Numbered from the whole stretch's first letter, positions 29,588 through 40,543 are shown. The stretch is DNA of 63,290 bases, filler included, from Caldilineae bacterium (GCA_037446815.1; 6 parts of 6 records of this genome joined end to end with filler, not necessarily neighbours in it); one strand, 5' to 3'. The notes: generated from the letters alone by a model not told the origin. Numbers and translations are program-made.

Positions 29588-29687
29588 NNNNNNNNNNNNN
29601 NNNNNNNNNNNNNNNNNNNNNNNNNNNNNNNNNNNNNNNNNNNNNNNNNNNNNNNNNNNNNNNNNNNNNNNNNNNNNNNNNNNNNNN

Positions 29688-29809
29688 CCCTCGCCCGTCG
29701 GGAGAGGGCTGGGGGTGAGGGGCGATACGCCCTCGCCCTTTGGGAGAGGGCTGGGGTGAGGGCCGCGCTCCCTCGCAATGACAGGTACCAACAGACTCTG
29801 AACCGAATG
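29688..29809. mobile_element. partial MITE (A end) with two GGAGAGGGCTGGGGTGAGGG hairpins
   Basis: ...CTCGCAATGACAGGTACCAACAGACTCTGAACCGAATG, next to a scaffold gap. Confidence 0.75.
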
Positions 29810-29831
29810 CAGCGGAAGGAGAGCCAACACG

Positions 29832-30464
29832 ATGCTCATTACGCCAGATGAGGCCCGAAAATGGTACGCGGCTGACGACTCGGCCCACGATTTTGACCAC
29901 GTTCTGCGGGTGCACGCCCTTGCCCTCCGCATCGCTGCCGCCGAGGGCGCGGACGCGGAGATCGTGTCGGCGGCCGCCCTGCTCCACGATGTGGCCAGGG
30001 TGGAGGCCGACCGCGTGGGCGCGTGCCATGCGGAGTTGGGAGCGCGCCGCGCCCGCGAAATCCTGCGGGGACACCCGCCGGACAAAGTGGACGCCATTGC
30101 CGCGGCCATCGCCAGCCACCGCTTCCGCAACTCGGCCGAGCCGCTCACCCTGGAGGCCAAAGTGCTGTACGACGCCGACAAACTGGACGCCATCGGCGCC
30201 ATCGGCATCGCCCGGGCCTACGCCATCGCGGGCAAGTGGAATCAGCGGCTGTGGTCTCCCTGGGCCGAAGCCGCCCACCTGGACGCGGGCGCAGGCGACC
30301 TACAGAACGCGGACCATACCCCCGTGCGCGAGTTCCAGGTGAAACTGTCCAAGTTGCGGGATTCGCTGTACACGGAGACGGCGCGCGCCATCGCCGAAAG
30401 CCGCCATCGGTACATGGCCGACTTCTTCGCGCGCCTGGAGAAGGAGGTGGCGGGTGAACTCTGA
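29832..30464 (+). CDS. HD domain protein (YpgQ-like)
   Basis: AHDFDH, LLHDV and DADKLDAIGAIGIAR motifs. Confidence 0.9.
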   Translation: MLITPDEARKWYAADDSAHDFDHVLRVHALALRIAAAEGADAEIVSAAALLHDVARVEADRVGACHAELGARRAREILRGHPPDKVDAIAAAIASHRFRNSAEPLTLEAKVLYDADKLDAIGAIGIARAYAIAGKWNQRLWSPWAEAAHLDAGAGDLQNADHTPVREFQVKLSKLRDSLYTETARAIAESRHRYMADFFARLEKEVAGEL

Positions 30465-31710
30465 AGGTGAGCGGCGGACGCTGCGGATTGAGAGCCTGGC
30501 GCATCTGGGGGCCGGCATCGCGCGCGACAGCGGCAAGGTCGTGTTCGTGCCGTACACCGCCCCCGGAGACCTGGTGCGCGCCCGGGTGGTGGAGGAGAAG
30601 TCGCGTTTTGCGCGGGCGGCGCTGGAGGAGGTCCTGGAGCCATCCCCCCACCGCGTTGACCCCCTCTGCCCCTACTTCGGCTACTGCGGCGGGTGTCAGT
30701 GGCAACATGTGGACTACGCCACGCAAATCCGGTACAAGGCGCGCATCGTGGCCGAGCAGTTGGAACACGTGGGGCGCTTGCCGGGGGTGGACGTGCGCGA
30801 GACCGCGGGCATGGCCGAGCCGTGGGGCTACCGCAACTCGGCCCGCCTCACCGTGGGCCCGGATGGCGCGCTGGGGTTCCAGCGATTTGAGAGTCACGAG
30901 GTCGTCGCCATAGAGGATTGCCTGATTTTGCACCCGTCGTTGCGCGATCTGCTCCGGACGCTGGACGTGGAGTTCCCCGAATTGCGGGCCTTGACGCTCC
31001 GCGCCGGAACCCGGACGGGCGAGCGCATGATCGTGCTGGAAACGGCGGGCGATGAGCCGCCGGAGATGGAGGTGGACATCCCGGTCTCCTGCGCCCTGGC
31101 GTTGGAAGATGGCAGCGCGGCGACGCTCATCGGCGAGACGGCGATTCATGAGGAGGTCGCCGGGCGCCGCTACCGCATATCGCCCACAAGTTTCTTCCAG
31201 GTGAACACGCAGGGGGCCGAGCGGCTTGTGGCCATCGTAACCGAGGCGCTGGAGCCACAGGCCGGGGAGCGGCTGCTGGACCTCTACTGCGGCGTGGGGC
31301 TGTTCGGGCTGGCGCTGGCGGGCCGCGTCGGCGAGGTCGTGGGCGTGGAGAGCGCCCCGTCGGCCGTGCAAGACGCCGTGGTCAACGCCGAGGGGTTGGA
31401 CAACGTTACCCTTGTGGAGGGCCCGGCGGAGGAGGCGCTGGATGTCCTGGAGGGCGCGTTTGACCTGGCGGTGGTAGACCCGCCCCGTGGCGGAATTCAC
31501 CCGACGGCCCTGCGCGCGCTGGTGGAGAAACACCCGCGCCGCGTTGCCTACGTCTCGTGCGAGCCGACCACGCTGGCGCGGGATTGCGCCGAACTCGTGC
31601 GGGCGGGCTATCGTGTGCGGTGGGTGCAGCCGGTGGACATGTTCCCGCAGACGTATCACATAGAGGCGGTGGCGTTGCTGGAGGCCCCGCGGCCTCTGGG
31701 CTCGCGGTGA
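30454..31710 (+). CDS. rlmD: 23S rRNA m5U methyltransferase, RlmD/TrmA family
   Basis: TRAM domain, C...CGGC Fe-S motif, SFFQVN, DLYCGVG, DPPR, YVSC and DMFPQT.H.E. Confidence 0.88.
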   Translation: MNSEGERRTLRIESLAHLGAGIARDSGKVVFVPYTAPGDLVRARVVEEKSRFARAALEEVLEPSPHRVDPLCPYFGYCGGCQWQHVDYATQIRYKARIVAEQLEHVGRLPGVDVRETAGMAEPWGYRNSARLTVGPDGALGFQRFESHEVVAIEDCLILHPSLRDLLRTLDVEFPELRALTLRAGTRTGERMIVLETAGDEPPEMEVDIPVSCALALEDGSAATLIGETAIHEEVAGRRYRISPTSFFQVNTQGAERLVAIVTEALEPQAGERLLDLYCGVGLFGLALAGRVGEVVGVESAPSAVQDAVVNAEGLDNVTLVEGPAEEALDVLEGAFDLAVVDPPRGGIHPTALRALVEKHPRRVAYVSCEPTTLARDCAELVRAGYRVRWVQPVDMFPQTYHIEAVALLEAPRPLGSR

Positions 31711-31771
31711 GCCGAAGGGCGTATCCACGGATGGCACGGATTGGGGTCGGGATGAGGTGTGCCCGCCAGAC

Positions 31772-31836
31772 GCCCGAGTCTAAAGCCTCGGGCTGAACGG
31801 GCAAAGCCCTACGGGCTGTCAGCCCCGAAGGGGCTT
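31772..31836. repeat. REP-like hairpin trio at a contig end
   Basis: GCCCGAG..CTCGGGC, AGCCC..GGGCT and AGCCCCGAAGGGGCT. Confidence 0.65.
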
Positions 31837-31944
31837 ATGCCCTCNNNNNNNNNNNNNNNNNNNNNNNNNNNNNNNNNNNNNNNNNNNNTTAATTAATTAA
31901 NNNNNNNNNNNNNNNNNNNNNNNNNNNNNNNNNNNNNNNNNNNN

Positions 31945-31992
31945 CTGCGTGCCCTCGCAATGACAGCCACCAACAAACTTTGGAACCGACTC
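31945..31992. mobile_element. partial MITE (A end)
   Basis: CTCGCAATGACAGCCACCAACAAACTTTGGAACCGACTC. Confidence 0.85.
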
Positions 31993-32007
31993 GCGCGCCC
32001 GCTCCAC

Positions 32008-33317
<1,310 letters not shown>

Positions 33318-33347
33318 GCGGCCGTGCGGGTGCATAGGGAGGGTTTC

Positions 33348-33956
33348 ATGCGACTTGGCGTGTTCGGCGGGACCTTTGACCCCGTGCACTACGGCCATCT
33401 CGTCGCCGCCGAGGAGGTGCGCTATCGGCTGCGGCTGGACAAGGTGCTGTTCGTGCCCGCGGGCATGCCGCCGCACAAACTGGACCACGACATCACGCCG
33501 ACGCGCCATCGCCTGGCCATGCTGGAACTGGCTATCGCGTCCAACCCGGGGTTCGCCCTGTCGCGCGTGGACATAGACCGCCACGGCCCGTGCTACACGG
33601 TGGATACCCTGGCGCTCCTGCACGAGGAGTATGGGCCGGGCACGGAGTTGTTCTTCCTGATGGGGATGGACTCGCTGGCCGACATCCTCACGTGGAAAGA
33701 CCCGGAGCGCCTTATCCGCCTGGCGTGGATCGTGGTGGTGGGCCGGCCCGGATTCCAGGCTGACGTGGATGAACTGGACAAGGTGCTGCCGGGGGCCGCC
33801 GAGCGCATTTGCATTGTGGACACGCCGCTGATGGAGGTGTCGTCCAGCGACATTCGGCAGCGGGTGCGGGAGGGCGCGCCGATTCGGTACCAGGTGCCCG
33901 AGGCCGTGGAAGCCTACATCCGCGCGCATCGGCTGTACGTCGGCGACGCCGTGTAG
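33348..33956 (+). CDS. nadD: nicotinate-nucleotide adenylyltransferase
   Basis: GGTFDPVHYGH, YTVDTL, GMDS and VSSSDIR motifs. Confidence 0.95.
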   Translation: MRLGVFGGTFDPVHYGHLVAAEEVRYRLRLDKVLFVPAGMPPHKLDHDITPTRHRLAMLELAIASNPGFALSRVDIDRHGPCYTVDTLALLHEEYGPGTELFFLMGMDSLADILTWKDPERLIRLAWIVVVGRPGFQADVDELDKVLPGAAERICIVDTPLMEVSSSDIRQRVREGAPIRYQVPEAVEAYIRAHRLYVGDAV

Positions 33957-33965
33957 AAATCATTG

Positions 33966-34045
33966 CACCGCGGAGACCCAGAGGGCGCAGAGAGGGGCTA
34001 GAGGAATCCTTATGATTCCTCTGCGTACTCTGTGCCTCGGCGGTG
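33966..34045. repeat. CACCGCNGAG-type imperfect inverted repeat
   Basis: CACCGCGGAGACCCAGAGGGCGCAGAG...CTCTGCGTACTCTGTGCCTCGGCGGTG. Confidence 0.75.
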
Positions 34046-34065
34046 AATCAGCACCTAGCGAGGGA

Positions 34066-35439
34066 ATGGCTATGCTCTGGGGTGGACGGTTCTCCGGCGC
34101 GCCGGACGAAACCATGCGGCGATTCGGCGACTCCATCGCCTTTGACGTGCGCCTGTATGCCGCCGACATCCGCGGCAGCATCGCGTGGGCGCGGGCGCTG
34201 GCGCGGGCGGGCCTGCTCACCGACGACGAGCGCGACCGACTGGTGGCCGGCCTGGAACAGGTGCGCGCCGAGTTTGACGCGGGCGCGTTTGCCATCAGGC
34301 CCGGCGACGAGGACATCCACACCGCCGTGGAGCGCAGGCTGGGCGAACTCATCGGCCCGGTCGCGGGCAAACTGCACACGGGCCGCTCCCGCAACGACCA
34401 GGTGGCTACCGACCTGCGCCTGTACGTGATGCAGGCCGCCCGCGACCTGGATGCCGCCCTCGCAGACCTGCAGCGGGCCGTCGTGGACAAGGCCGAGGCG
34501 CACCTGGACGTCCTCATGCCCGGCTATACCCACATGCAGCAGGCCCAGCCCATCCTGTTCAGCCACTACCTCATGTCGTTCTTCTGGAAGTTCCAGCGCG
34601 ACCGCGAGCGCCTGGCCGACGTGGCCCGGCGGACATCCGTCTTGCCGCTGGGGTGCGGAGCCATCGCCGGGACGCCCTTCGCCGTTGACCGCGAGGCGCT
34701 GGCCGCCGACTTGGGGTTTGCCGCCGTGGCCGAGAACAGCGTGGACGCCGTCGCCGACCGAGATTTCGTGGCCGAGTTCCTCGCCTGGGCCGCGCTCCTG
34801 CAAGCGCACATCAGCACGCTGGCCGAAGACCTCATCATCTGGGCCGGCCGCGAGTTCGGCTTCGTTACGCTGGACGACGCCTACTCCACCGGCTCCAGCC
34901 TCATGCCGCAGAAGAAGAATCCCGACCCTCTGGAACTGATGCGCGGCAAGACCGGTCGCATCATCGGCCATTTGTCGGGCTTCCTCGCCACGCTCAAGGG
35001 GGTGCCTTCGGGCTACAACAAGGACTTGCAGGAGGACAAGGAGCCGCTCTTTGACGTTGTGGACACGCTGGCGCTGGAACTGCCCGTCGCCGCCGGGGTC
35101 ATCCGCACGCTGCGGGTGAACGCCGAGCGGATGGCAGCCGCCCTGGACGACGCCGTGCTTGCCACCGACCTGGCCGACTACCTGGTGCGGCGCGGCGTGC
35201 CGTTCCGCGAGAGCCACCACATTGTGGGCCAGGCGGTCAAGCGGGCCGAGGCGCTGGGCGTGGCGCTGGGCCAGATGTCGCTGGATGAGTACCGCGCGAT
35301 TCACCCCGCGTTCGGCGAGGATGTGCACGCCGTGTTTGACTTCCGGCGGTCGGTGGAGATGCGGCGGGCGCGCGGCGGCACAGCGCCCGATGCGGTGCGC
35401 GCGCAGATACGGCTGGCCCGGTCGCGGCTGGGGGTGTGA
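34066..35439 (+). CDS. argH: argininosuccinate lyase
   Basis: LWGGRF, HTGRSRNDQ, GSSLMPQKKNPD and YNKDLQEDK motifs. Confidence 0.97.
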   Translation: MAMLWGGRFSGAPDETMRRFGDSIAFDVRLYAADIRGSIAWARALARAGLLTDDERDRLVAGLEQVRAEFDAGAFAIRPGDEDIHTAVERRLGELIGPVAGKLHTGRSRNDQVATDLRLYVMQAARDLDAALADLQRAVVDKAEAHLDVLMPGYTHMQQAQPILFSHYLMSFFWKFQRDRERLADVARRTSVLPLGCGAIAGTPFAVDREALAADLGFAAVAENSVDAVADRDFVAEFLAWAALLQAHISTLAEDLIIWAGREFGFVTLDDAYSTGSSLMPQKKNPDPLELMRGKTGRIIGHLSGFLATLKGVPSGYNKDLQEDKEPLFDVVDTLALELPVAAGVIRTLRVNAERMAAALDDAVLATDLADYLVRRGVPFRESHHIVGQAVKRAEALGVALGQMSLDEYRAIHPAFGEDVHAVFDFRRSVEMRRARGGTAPDAVRAQIRLARSRLGV

Positions 35440-35446
35440 AAGGGCG

Positions 35447-35475
35447 TTGACACTCTCGCGGGCTCCGTCTATAAC
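35447..35475 (+). promoter_or_regulatory. sigma70-type promoter
   Basis: TTGACA-17 nt-TATAAC. Confidence 0.7.
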
Positions 35476-35515
35476 TGCACACTGAAACGCGACTCTGTAC
35501 ACAGGGAGTTCTTGC

Positions 35516-35911
35516 ATGATTTCGGCCCTTGCGAGGAAACTGCGCTTGCAGGCCGGTCAGCGGGCGCTCATCCTCAATGCCCCCGCTGGATACCTGAACG
35601 AACTGGGCGAACTGCCCGAAGGCGTGAGCGTGGCCACCGAACCCGACGGCGACTTTGACTTCGTGCAAGTGTTCGTGGGCAACCGCGCCGAACTGGAGCG
35701 CCTCGGCCCCGTGGCACTTCGGGCCGTCAAGTACGACGGGCTGCTGTGGCTCTGCTATCCCAAGCAGAGCGCAGGGGTCAAGACCGACATCACCCGCGAC
35801 GTGGGGTGGGATGTGATTCTGCAAGCGGGGATGCGGCCGGTAACCCAAGTCGCCATCAACGCCACGTGGTCGGCGCTGCGGTTCCGGCCCACGGAAAAGG
35901 TGGGCAAGTAG
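35516..35911 (+). CDS. DUF3052-like hypothetical protein
   Basis: LARKL, LWLCYPK..., TDITRD and WSALRFR pattern. Confidence 0.75.
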   Translation: MISALARKLRLQAGQRALILNAPAGYLNELGELPEGVSVATEPDGDFDFVQVFVGNRAELERLGPVALRAVKYDGLLWLCYPKQSAGVKTDITRDVGWDVILQAGMRPVTQVAINATWSALRFRPTEKVGK

Positions 35912-35949
35912 CCCGCGCACCGTTGAGATTCTGCCCGGAGGGGACGCCC

Positions 35950-36489
35950 ATGGCCAATCATGCACAACTGGAGGCCTTGTTCCAGCAGCACGGGTTCCAC
36001 GACTTCCGCTGGATTGACCCGTCCGATATCGTCGTAGCCGAGTGGGTTCGGATGAAGTGCGCCTACGGCTGCGACAGTTACGGCCGCCGCGCCTCCTGTC
36101 CGCCGAACCTGCCGTCGGTGGCCGAGTGCCGCGAGTTCATCCGCGAGTACGAGACGGCTGCCGTCTTCCACCTGGCGAAGGCCGTGGACAAGCCCGAGGA
36201 CAGGTGGCCGTGGGGGCGGGACGTGGGCCGCGAACTCATGCGCTTGGAGCGCGCGGTATTCCTCGCGGACTATCCCAAGGCATTCCTGCTCCTCCCGGCG
36301 CCGTGCTCCTTATGCGAGACCTGCGCCGGCGTCCGCGCCGAGTGCAAGCATCCGAAACTGGCGCGGCCCACGCCGGAGGGCATGGCGATAGACGTGTTCA
36401 CCACGGTGCGCAGTATCGGCTATCCCATCCAAGTCCTGTCAGACTACACCCAGACGATGAACCGGTACGCGTTTCTGCTCGTGGAATAG
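35950..36489 (+). CDS. DUF2284 family metal-binding protein
   Basis: VRMKC.YGC..Y....CPP, C.LC..C...C and RP.PE.MAIDV. Confidence 0.85.
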   Translation: MANHAQLEALFQQHGFHDFRWIDPSDIVVAEWVRMKCAYGCDSYGRRASCPPNLPSVAECREFIREYETAAVFHLAKAVDKPEDRWPWGRDVGRELMRLERAVFLADYPKAFLLLPAPCSLCETCAGVRAECKHPKLARPTPEGMAIDVFTTVRSIGYPIQVLSDYTQTMNRYAFLLVE

Positions 36490-36559
36490 GCAACAAGGGC
36501 CTGGACACGCGCCGGGCAGACATCGGCGCCGACCGACAACTTACCAGGGAGGGAAAGCG

Positions 36560-36967
36560 ATGACTTTCGGGTACTACGTGAAACTCTATCTCCTCACCGT
36601 CGTGGCATTCCTCGCCATTGACGGCGTGTGGCTGGGGGTGGTGGCGCGCAACCTGTACAGCAAGTACCTGGGCTACCTGCTGGCCCCGAAGACCGTGTGG
36701 GCTGCTGCCCTCCTGTTCTACCTGCTGTATGTCGTCGGCGTACTCGTCTTTGCCGTGGTGCCCGGGCTCCAGGCGGGATCGCTGGGCAAGGCGGCTCTGC
36801 TGGGCGCGCTCTTCGGCCTCATTGCCTACGCCACGTATGACCTCACGAACCTGGCGACGGTCAAGGGGTGGCCTGTGCTGATTACCGTCATAGACCTGGC
36901 GTGGGGCACTGTGCTGACGGCCGCCGTCGCTGCCGTCGGCTTCCTCATCGGGCGGTACCTGGCGTAA
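36560..36967 (+). CDS. DUF2177 family membrane protein
   Basis: AID.VWL, YATYDLTNLAT and DLAWG motifs. Confidence 0.88.
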   Translation: MTFGYYVKLYLLTVVAFLAIDGVWLGVVARNLYSKYLGYLLAPKTVWAAALLFYLLYVVGVLVFAVVPGLQAGSLGKAALLGALFGLIAYATYDLTNLATVKGWPVLITVIDLAWGTVLTAAVAAVGFLIGRYLA

Positions 36968-36997
36968 GAGCGACAGCCCGGACATAGGTGCCCGACA

Positions 36998-37026
36998 TTG
37001 ACGCAAACGGCGAATTGACCTATACT
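36998..37026 (+). promoter_or_regulatory. promoter of the DUF4258 pair
   Basis: TTGACG-17 nt-TATACT. Confidence 0.7.
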
Positions 37027-37046
37027 CACCGCGTAGGTGAGAGCCG

Positions 37047-37370
37047 ATGAGCCTGATAGATGATATCCGAGTGAAGTTCGCGCGAGGCGAGTTTGAGTTC
37101 TCTCAGCACGCCGTGGATCAGACCATTCTCCGTCGGATCCGCGTTCAGGAAATTCGGGAGGCGATTGCCTGCGGAGAGGTGATTGAGGATAACCCGCACG
37201 ACAAGTACGGGCCGAGTTGTCTGATACTGGGGTTCACAGAAGCAGGCAGGCCCTTGCACATCCAATGCAGTCATCCGTCGCGCCCCCTCGTGAAGGTGAT
37301 AACCGTCCACGAGCCCGATGCAGACCTGTGGGGCGATTTCAGAACCAGGAGGCGCCAGGATGGAACGTAA
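37047..37370 (+). CDS. DUF4258 family protein (putative toxin)
   Basis: FSQHA...R.I, GEVIED.P.DKYGPSCLILG...RPLHI, VITV.EPD...W. Confidence 0.85.
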   Translation: MSLIDDIRVKFARGEFEFSQHAVDQTILRRIRVQEIREAIACGEVIEDNPHDKYGPSCLILGFTEAGRPLHIQCSHPSRPLVKVITVHEPDADLWGDFRTRRRQDGT

Positions 37371-37587
37371 CACAGCGCAAGAGACGATGGTAGAGCAGAA
37401 AGTAACATACGTGATTGAGATTGAGGGCAGAATTGTCGTTATTGAGAACGTGCCGGCGCGCGTCTGCCTGGAAACGGGCGAGCGATTCTTTGCACCGGAA
37501 ACGGTAGAGCGTTTGCAGCAGATGATCTGGGAAGACAGAAAACCCACCCGCATCGTTGAGGCCGCGGTGTTTGAATATGCCGCGTGA
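37360..37587 (+). CDS. YgiT-type zinc-finger-like protein (putative antitoxin)
   Basis: IENVPARVCLETGE.FF.PET; overlaps the DUF4258 gene; AGGAGG RBS. Confidence 0.8.
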   Translation: MERNTAQETMVEQKVTYVIEIEGRIVVIENVPARVCLETGERFFAPETVERLQQMIWEDRKPTRIVEAAVFEYAA

Positions 37588-37792
37588 TGGAGCCCCTTTG
37601 CGGCCAACCCGAGGTTTGTGTTTCTCCGCGCTGCCCGCGTTCTCTACGGCGAATTGCGGCCATTGCCATCTGCACGCCACGTGTGTTGTTCGGGGATGAC
37701 CCCAGCCCCGCGCGGGGCAGCGGCGACGAGCCTTGCGCTCCCTATCTGTGAAATCCGTGTTATTCGTGGATACATCCTGCCCGGCGCCGATT

Positions 37793-37821
37793 TTGACACA
37801 ATCCGCAACCCGTGGTACACT
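37793..37821 (+). promoter_or_regulatory. thrS promoter
   Basis: TTGACA-17 nt-TACACT, with a TG extension. Confidence 0.75.
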
Positions 37822-37839
37822 TCTTGCAACGGCACATGC

Positions 37840-38089
37840 CAAAGGCGATGACCAGGACGAGTACCCGGACGCCGGGCGTCAGGGAGAGGGGGCCACTGAC
37901 TGCAAGCCCCCTTCGCACCGGGCCGAGGGAAAACCCCCTGTGAGCCGGCACCAGAACGCGATGCTGCAAGTAAGGTCGCCCGGGATGCCCCCGTTATCGG
38001 CGCAATGAGATGAGAGCGTATGCGCGCTCTCAACCTTGGGTGGAACCGCGAGACAACCCCTCGCCCCTTGGGCGTGGGGTTTTTTGTTT
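37840..38089 (+). ncRNA. T-box riboswitch (Thr, specifier ACC)
   Basis: GCGATGA/AGTA/GAGAG/CTGA stem I elements, GAAA-ACC specifier at about 37933, GTTA, T-box GGGTGGAACCGCG at 38038-38050, and a terminator with a T run at 38055-38086. Confidence 0.92.
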
Positions 38090-38100
38090 AGGTGCAGGCT

Positions 38101-38165
38101 GTCAGCAATCAGCAGTCAGCAGGGAGTCGGGCGGGCTGATGGCTGAACGCTGACCGCTGAAGGCT
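38101..38165. repeat. heptamer-periodic inverted repeat in the thrS leader
   Basis: (TCAGCAA/TCAGCAG)x3 ... (GCTGATG GCTGAAC GCTGACC GCTGAAG). Confidence 0.75.
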
Positions 38166-38185
38166 TGACACCAAGGAGGAACGAG

Positions 38186-39949
38186 ATGGAACACGAACAC
38201 ATGGACGAGCACAGCGAACTGGACCGAATGCGGCATTCGGCGTCCCACGTCATGGCCCAGGCCGTGATGGACCTGATTCCCGACGCCAAACTGGCCATCG
38301 GCCCCGCCATTGAGGATGGCTTCTACTACGACTTTGACCTGCCCAGGCCGCTCACGCCCGAGGACCTGGAGCAGATTGAAGCCCGCATGCGCGACGCCAT
38401 CCGCGCGGACCATCCCTTCGTGCGGCGTGTCATCAGCCGCGCCGAGGCCGAGGCCATGTTCGCCGACCAGCCCTACAAACTGGAACTCATCCGCGAGATT
38501 CCGGAGGGCGAGGAAATCTCCATCTACACGCACGACCGCTTCACGGACTTGTGCGCGGGGCCCCACGTGGCCAGCACGGGCCAGATCAACCCCGACGGCA
38601 TCAAACTGCTGAACGTGGCGGGGGCTTACTGGCGCGGCGACGAGAGGCGCCCCATGCTCCAGCGCATCTACGGCACGGCCTGGCCCACGAAAGCAGAACT
38701 GGACGCCTATCTGGCCAAACTGGCCGAGATTGAGCGCCGCGACCATCGCAAACTGGGCAAGCAACTGGACTTGTACAGTTTCCACGAGATCGGCGGCGCG
38801 GGCCTGGCTTACTGGCATCCGAAGGGCGCGCGCATCCGCAGCATCATTGAGCAGTTCTGGCGCGAGGAGCACTTCCGCCGCGGCTACGACATCCTGTACA
38901 CGCCCCACATCGGGCGCGTGGACCTGTGGAAGATCAGCGGCCACTGGGACTTCTACCGCGAGAACATGTACTCGCCCATGGACATTGAGGGGCAGGAGTA
39001 CTTGCTCAAGCCCATGAACTGCCCCTTCGCCGTCCTCATCTACAAAACGCAGATGCGCTCCTACCGCGACCTGCCCTTGCGCTGGGGCGAGTTGGGCACG
39101 GTGTACCGCTACGAGCGGTCGGGCGTGCTCCATGGGATGCTGCGCGTGCGCGGGTTCACGCAGGACGACGCCCACATCTTCTGCCGCCCCGACCAACTGG
39201 AGGACGAGATCGTCGGCGTCATCAACCTAGCCCAGTTCATGCTCAAGACTTTCGGCTACGACGAGTACCTGATTGAACTGTCGGTGCGCGACCCGCAGAA
39301 CAAGGCCAAGTACGTCGGCTCGGAGGAGAACTGGATTCTGGCCGAGCAGGCGCTGCTCCGCGCGCTGGAGCGCGAGGGCCTGTCCTTCACACGCATGGAA
39401 GGCGAGGCCAAGTTCTACGGCCCGGCCATTGACATCAAGATGAAGGATGCGCTGGGCCGCGCTTGGCAGGGGCCGACGATTCAGGTGGACTTCAACTTCC
39501 CGGAGCGGTTTGACCTCACCTACGTCGGCGAGGACGGCCAACCCCATCGCCCCGTCATGGTACACCGCACGGTGCTCGGCTCCATGGAGCGGTTCGTCGC
39601 GGGGCTGGTGGAACAGTACGCCGGGGCGTTTCCCGTGTGGCTCGCGCCGGTGCAGGCGGTGCTCATCCCCATCGCCGACCGCCACAACGCCTATGCCCAC
39701 GACGTAGCGCGGAAACTCAAGGACGCTGGCTACCGCGTCGTCGTGGACGACTCCGGCGAACGGATGAATGCCAAGATTCGCAAAGCGCAACTGGACAAGG
39801 TGCCGTACATGCTCGTCATCGGCGACCGCGAGATGGAAGCGGGCGCCGTGGCGGTCCGCAAGCGCACGGGCGAGGACCTGAAGGCGAAGCCCCTGGCCGA
39901 GTTCATGGCGATGATCGCCGAGGACGTGCGGAGCAAGGCCATCTGGTAG
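38186..39949 (+). CDS. thrS: threonine--tRNA ligase (no N-terminal TGS domain)
   Basis: RHSASH, DLCAGPH editing domain, RDHRKLG, KPMNCP, RVRGFTQDDAHIF and an anticodon domain. Confidence 0.97.
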   Translation: MEHEHMDEHSELDRMRHSASHVMAQAVMDLIPDAKLAIGPAIEDGFYYDFDLPRPLTPEDLEQIEARMRDAIRADHPFVRRVISRAEAEAMFADQPYKLELIREIPEGEEISIYTHDRFTDLCAGPHVASTGQINPDGIKLLNVAGAYWRGDERRPMLQRIYGTAWPTKAELDAYLAKLAEIERRDHRKLGKQLDLYSFHEIGGAGLAYWHPKGARIRSIIEQFWREEHFRRGYDILYTPHIGRVDLWKISGHWDFYRENMYSPMDIEGQEYLLKPMNCPFAVLIYKTQMRSYRDLPLRWGELGTVYRYERSGVLHGMLRVRGFTQDDAHIFCRPDQLEDEIVGVINLAQFMLKTFGYDEYLIELSVRDPQNKAKYVGSEENWILAEQALLRALEREGLSFTRMEGEAKFYGPAIDIKMKDALGRAWQGPTIQVDFNFPERFDLTYVGEDGQPHRPVMVHRTVLGSMERFVAGLVEQYAGAFPVWLAPVQAVLIPIADRHNAYAHDVARKLKDAGYRVVVDDSGERMNAKIRKAQLDKVPYMLVIGDREMEAGAVAVRKRTGEDLKAKPLAEFMAMIAEDVRSKAIW

Positions 39950-40318
39950 GGTAAGACTTGCGGACACCCGTGCGCAACGTTGCGGATGAACCTCATCTTA
40001 TGCGACCGGTGCGGCAGGCGTCGCGCGGCGGGTTTGCATTGGCCAGCGCCCGCTCCGCGACGCCTGCTGCTGGGCAGCGGATGCTCCAGTCCGCGCCTGC
40101 GAACCTAACCCCATTCTGGGAGACCCGTCGTGAGCCATGGCCTGCTTGACATTCGCATCGTCCAGCGGTACAACCGGCCGTACTTCCTGCGGCTGCTGTC
40201 GGAGCGCGAAGACGCCGCCGGTCAGCCGCTCCCCGCCGATACACGTCCGGCAACGGCGCCCGATCCGTGCCCTTGACAAGAACACACCATGTGGTGGCGA
40301 AGCACCATGAGACCTGAA

Positions 40319-40507
40319 GTTGGGCAAATTGTCAATTTGCCCAACCAGCGCGGGGCTGAAGCCGCGAGGAATCCCACGCCCCCGGGCGCACACTGTAGGG
40401 GCGCCCAGCCGGTCGCCCTACTCGCGATGACATAACGTGCGACGCACCTCGGAGGTGCGTCGCACGTTACCTATCCTCACCCCAGCCCTCTCCCGTGGGC
40501 GAGGGCG
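40319..40507. repeat. cluster of several palindromic repeat families
   Basis: 27-bp hairpin at 40319-40345, GTAGGGGCG hairpin at 40395-40421, perfect 18-bp-arm palindrome at 40433-40469, and a CCTCACCCCAGCCCTCTCCC hairpin. Confidence 0.8.
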
Positions 40508-40543
40508 TGTCGTCACGCCTGCCGCGCCAACCACGGGTCCGCC

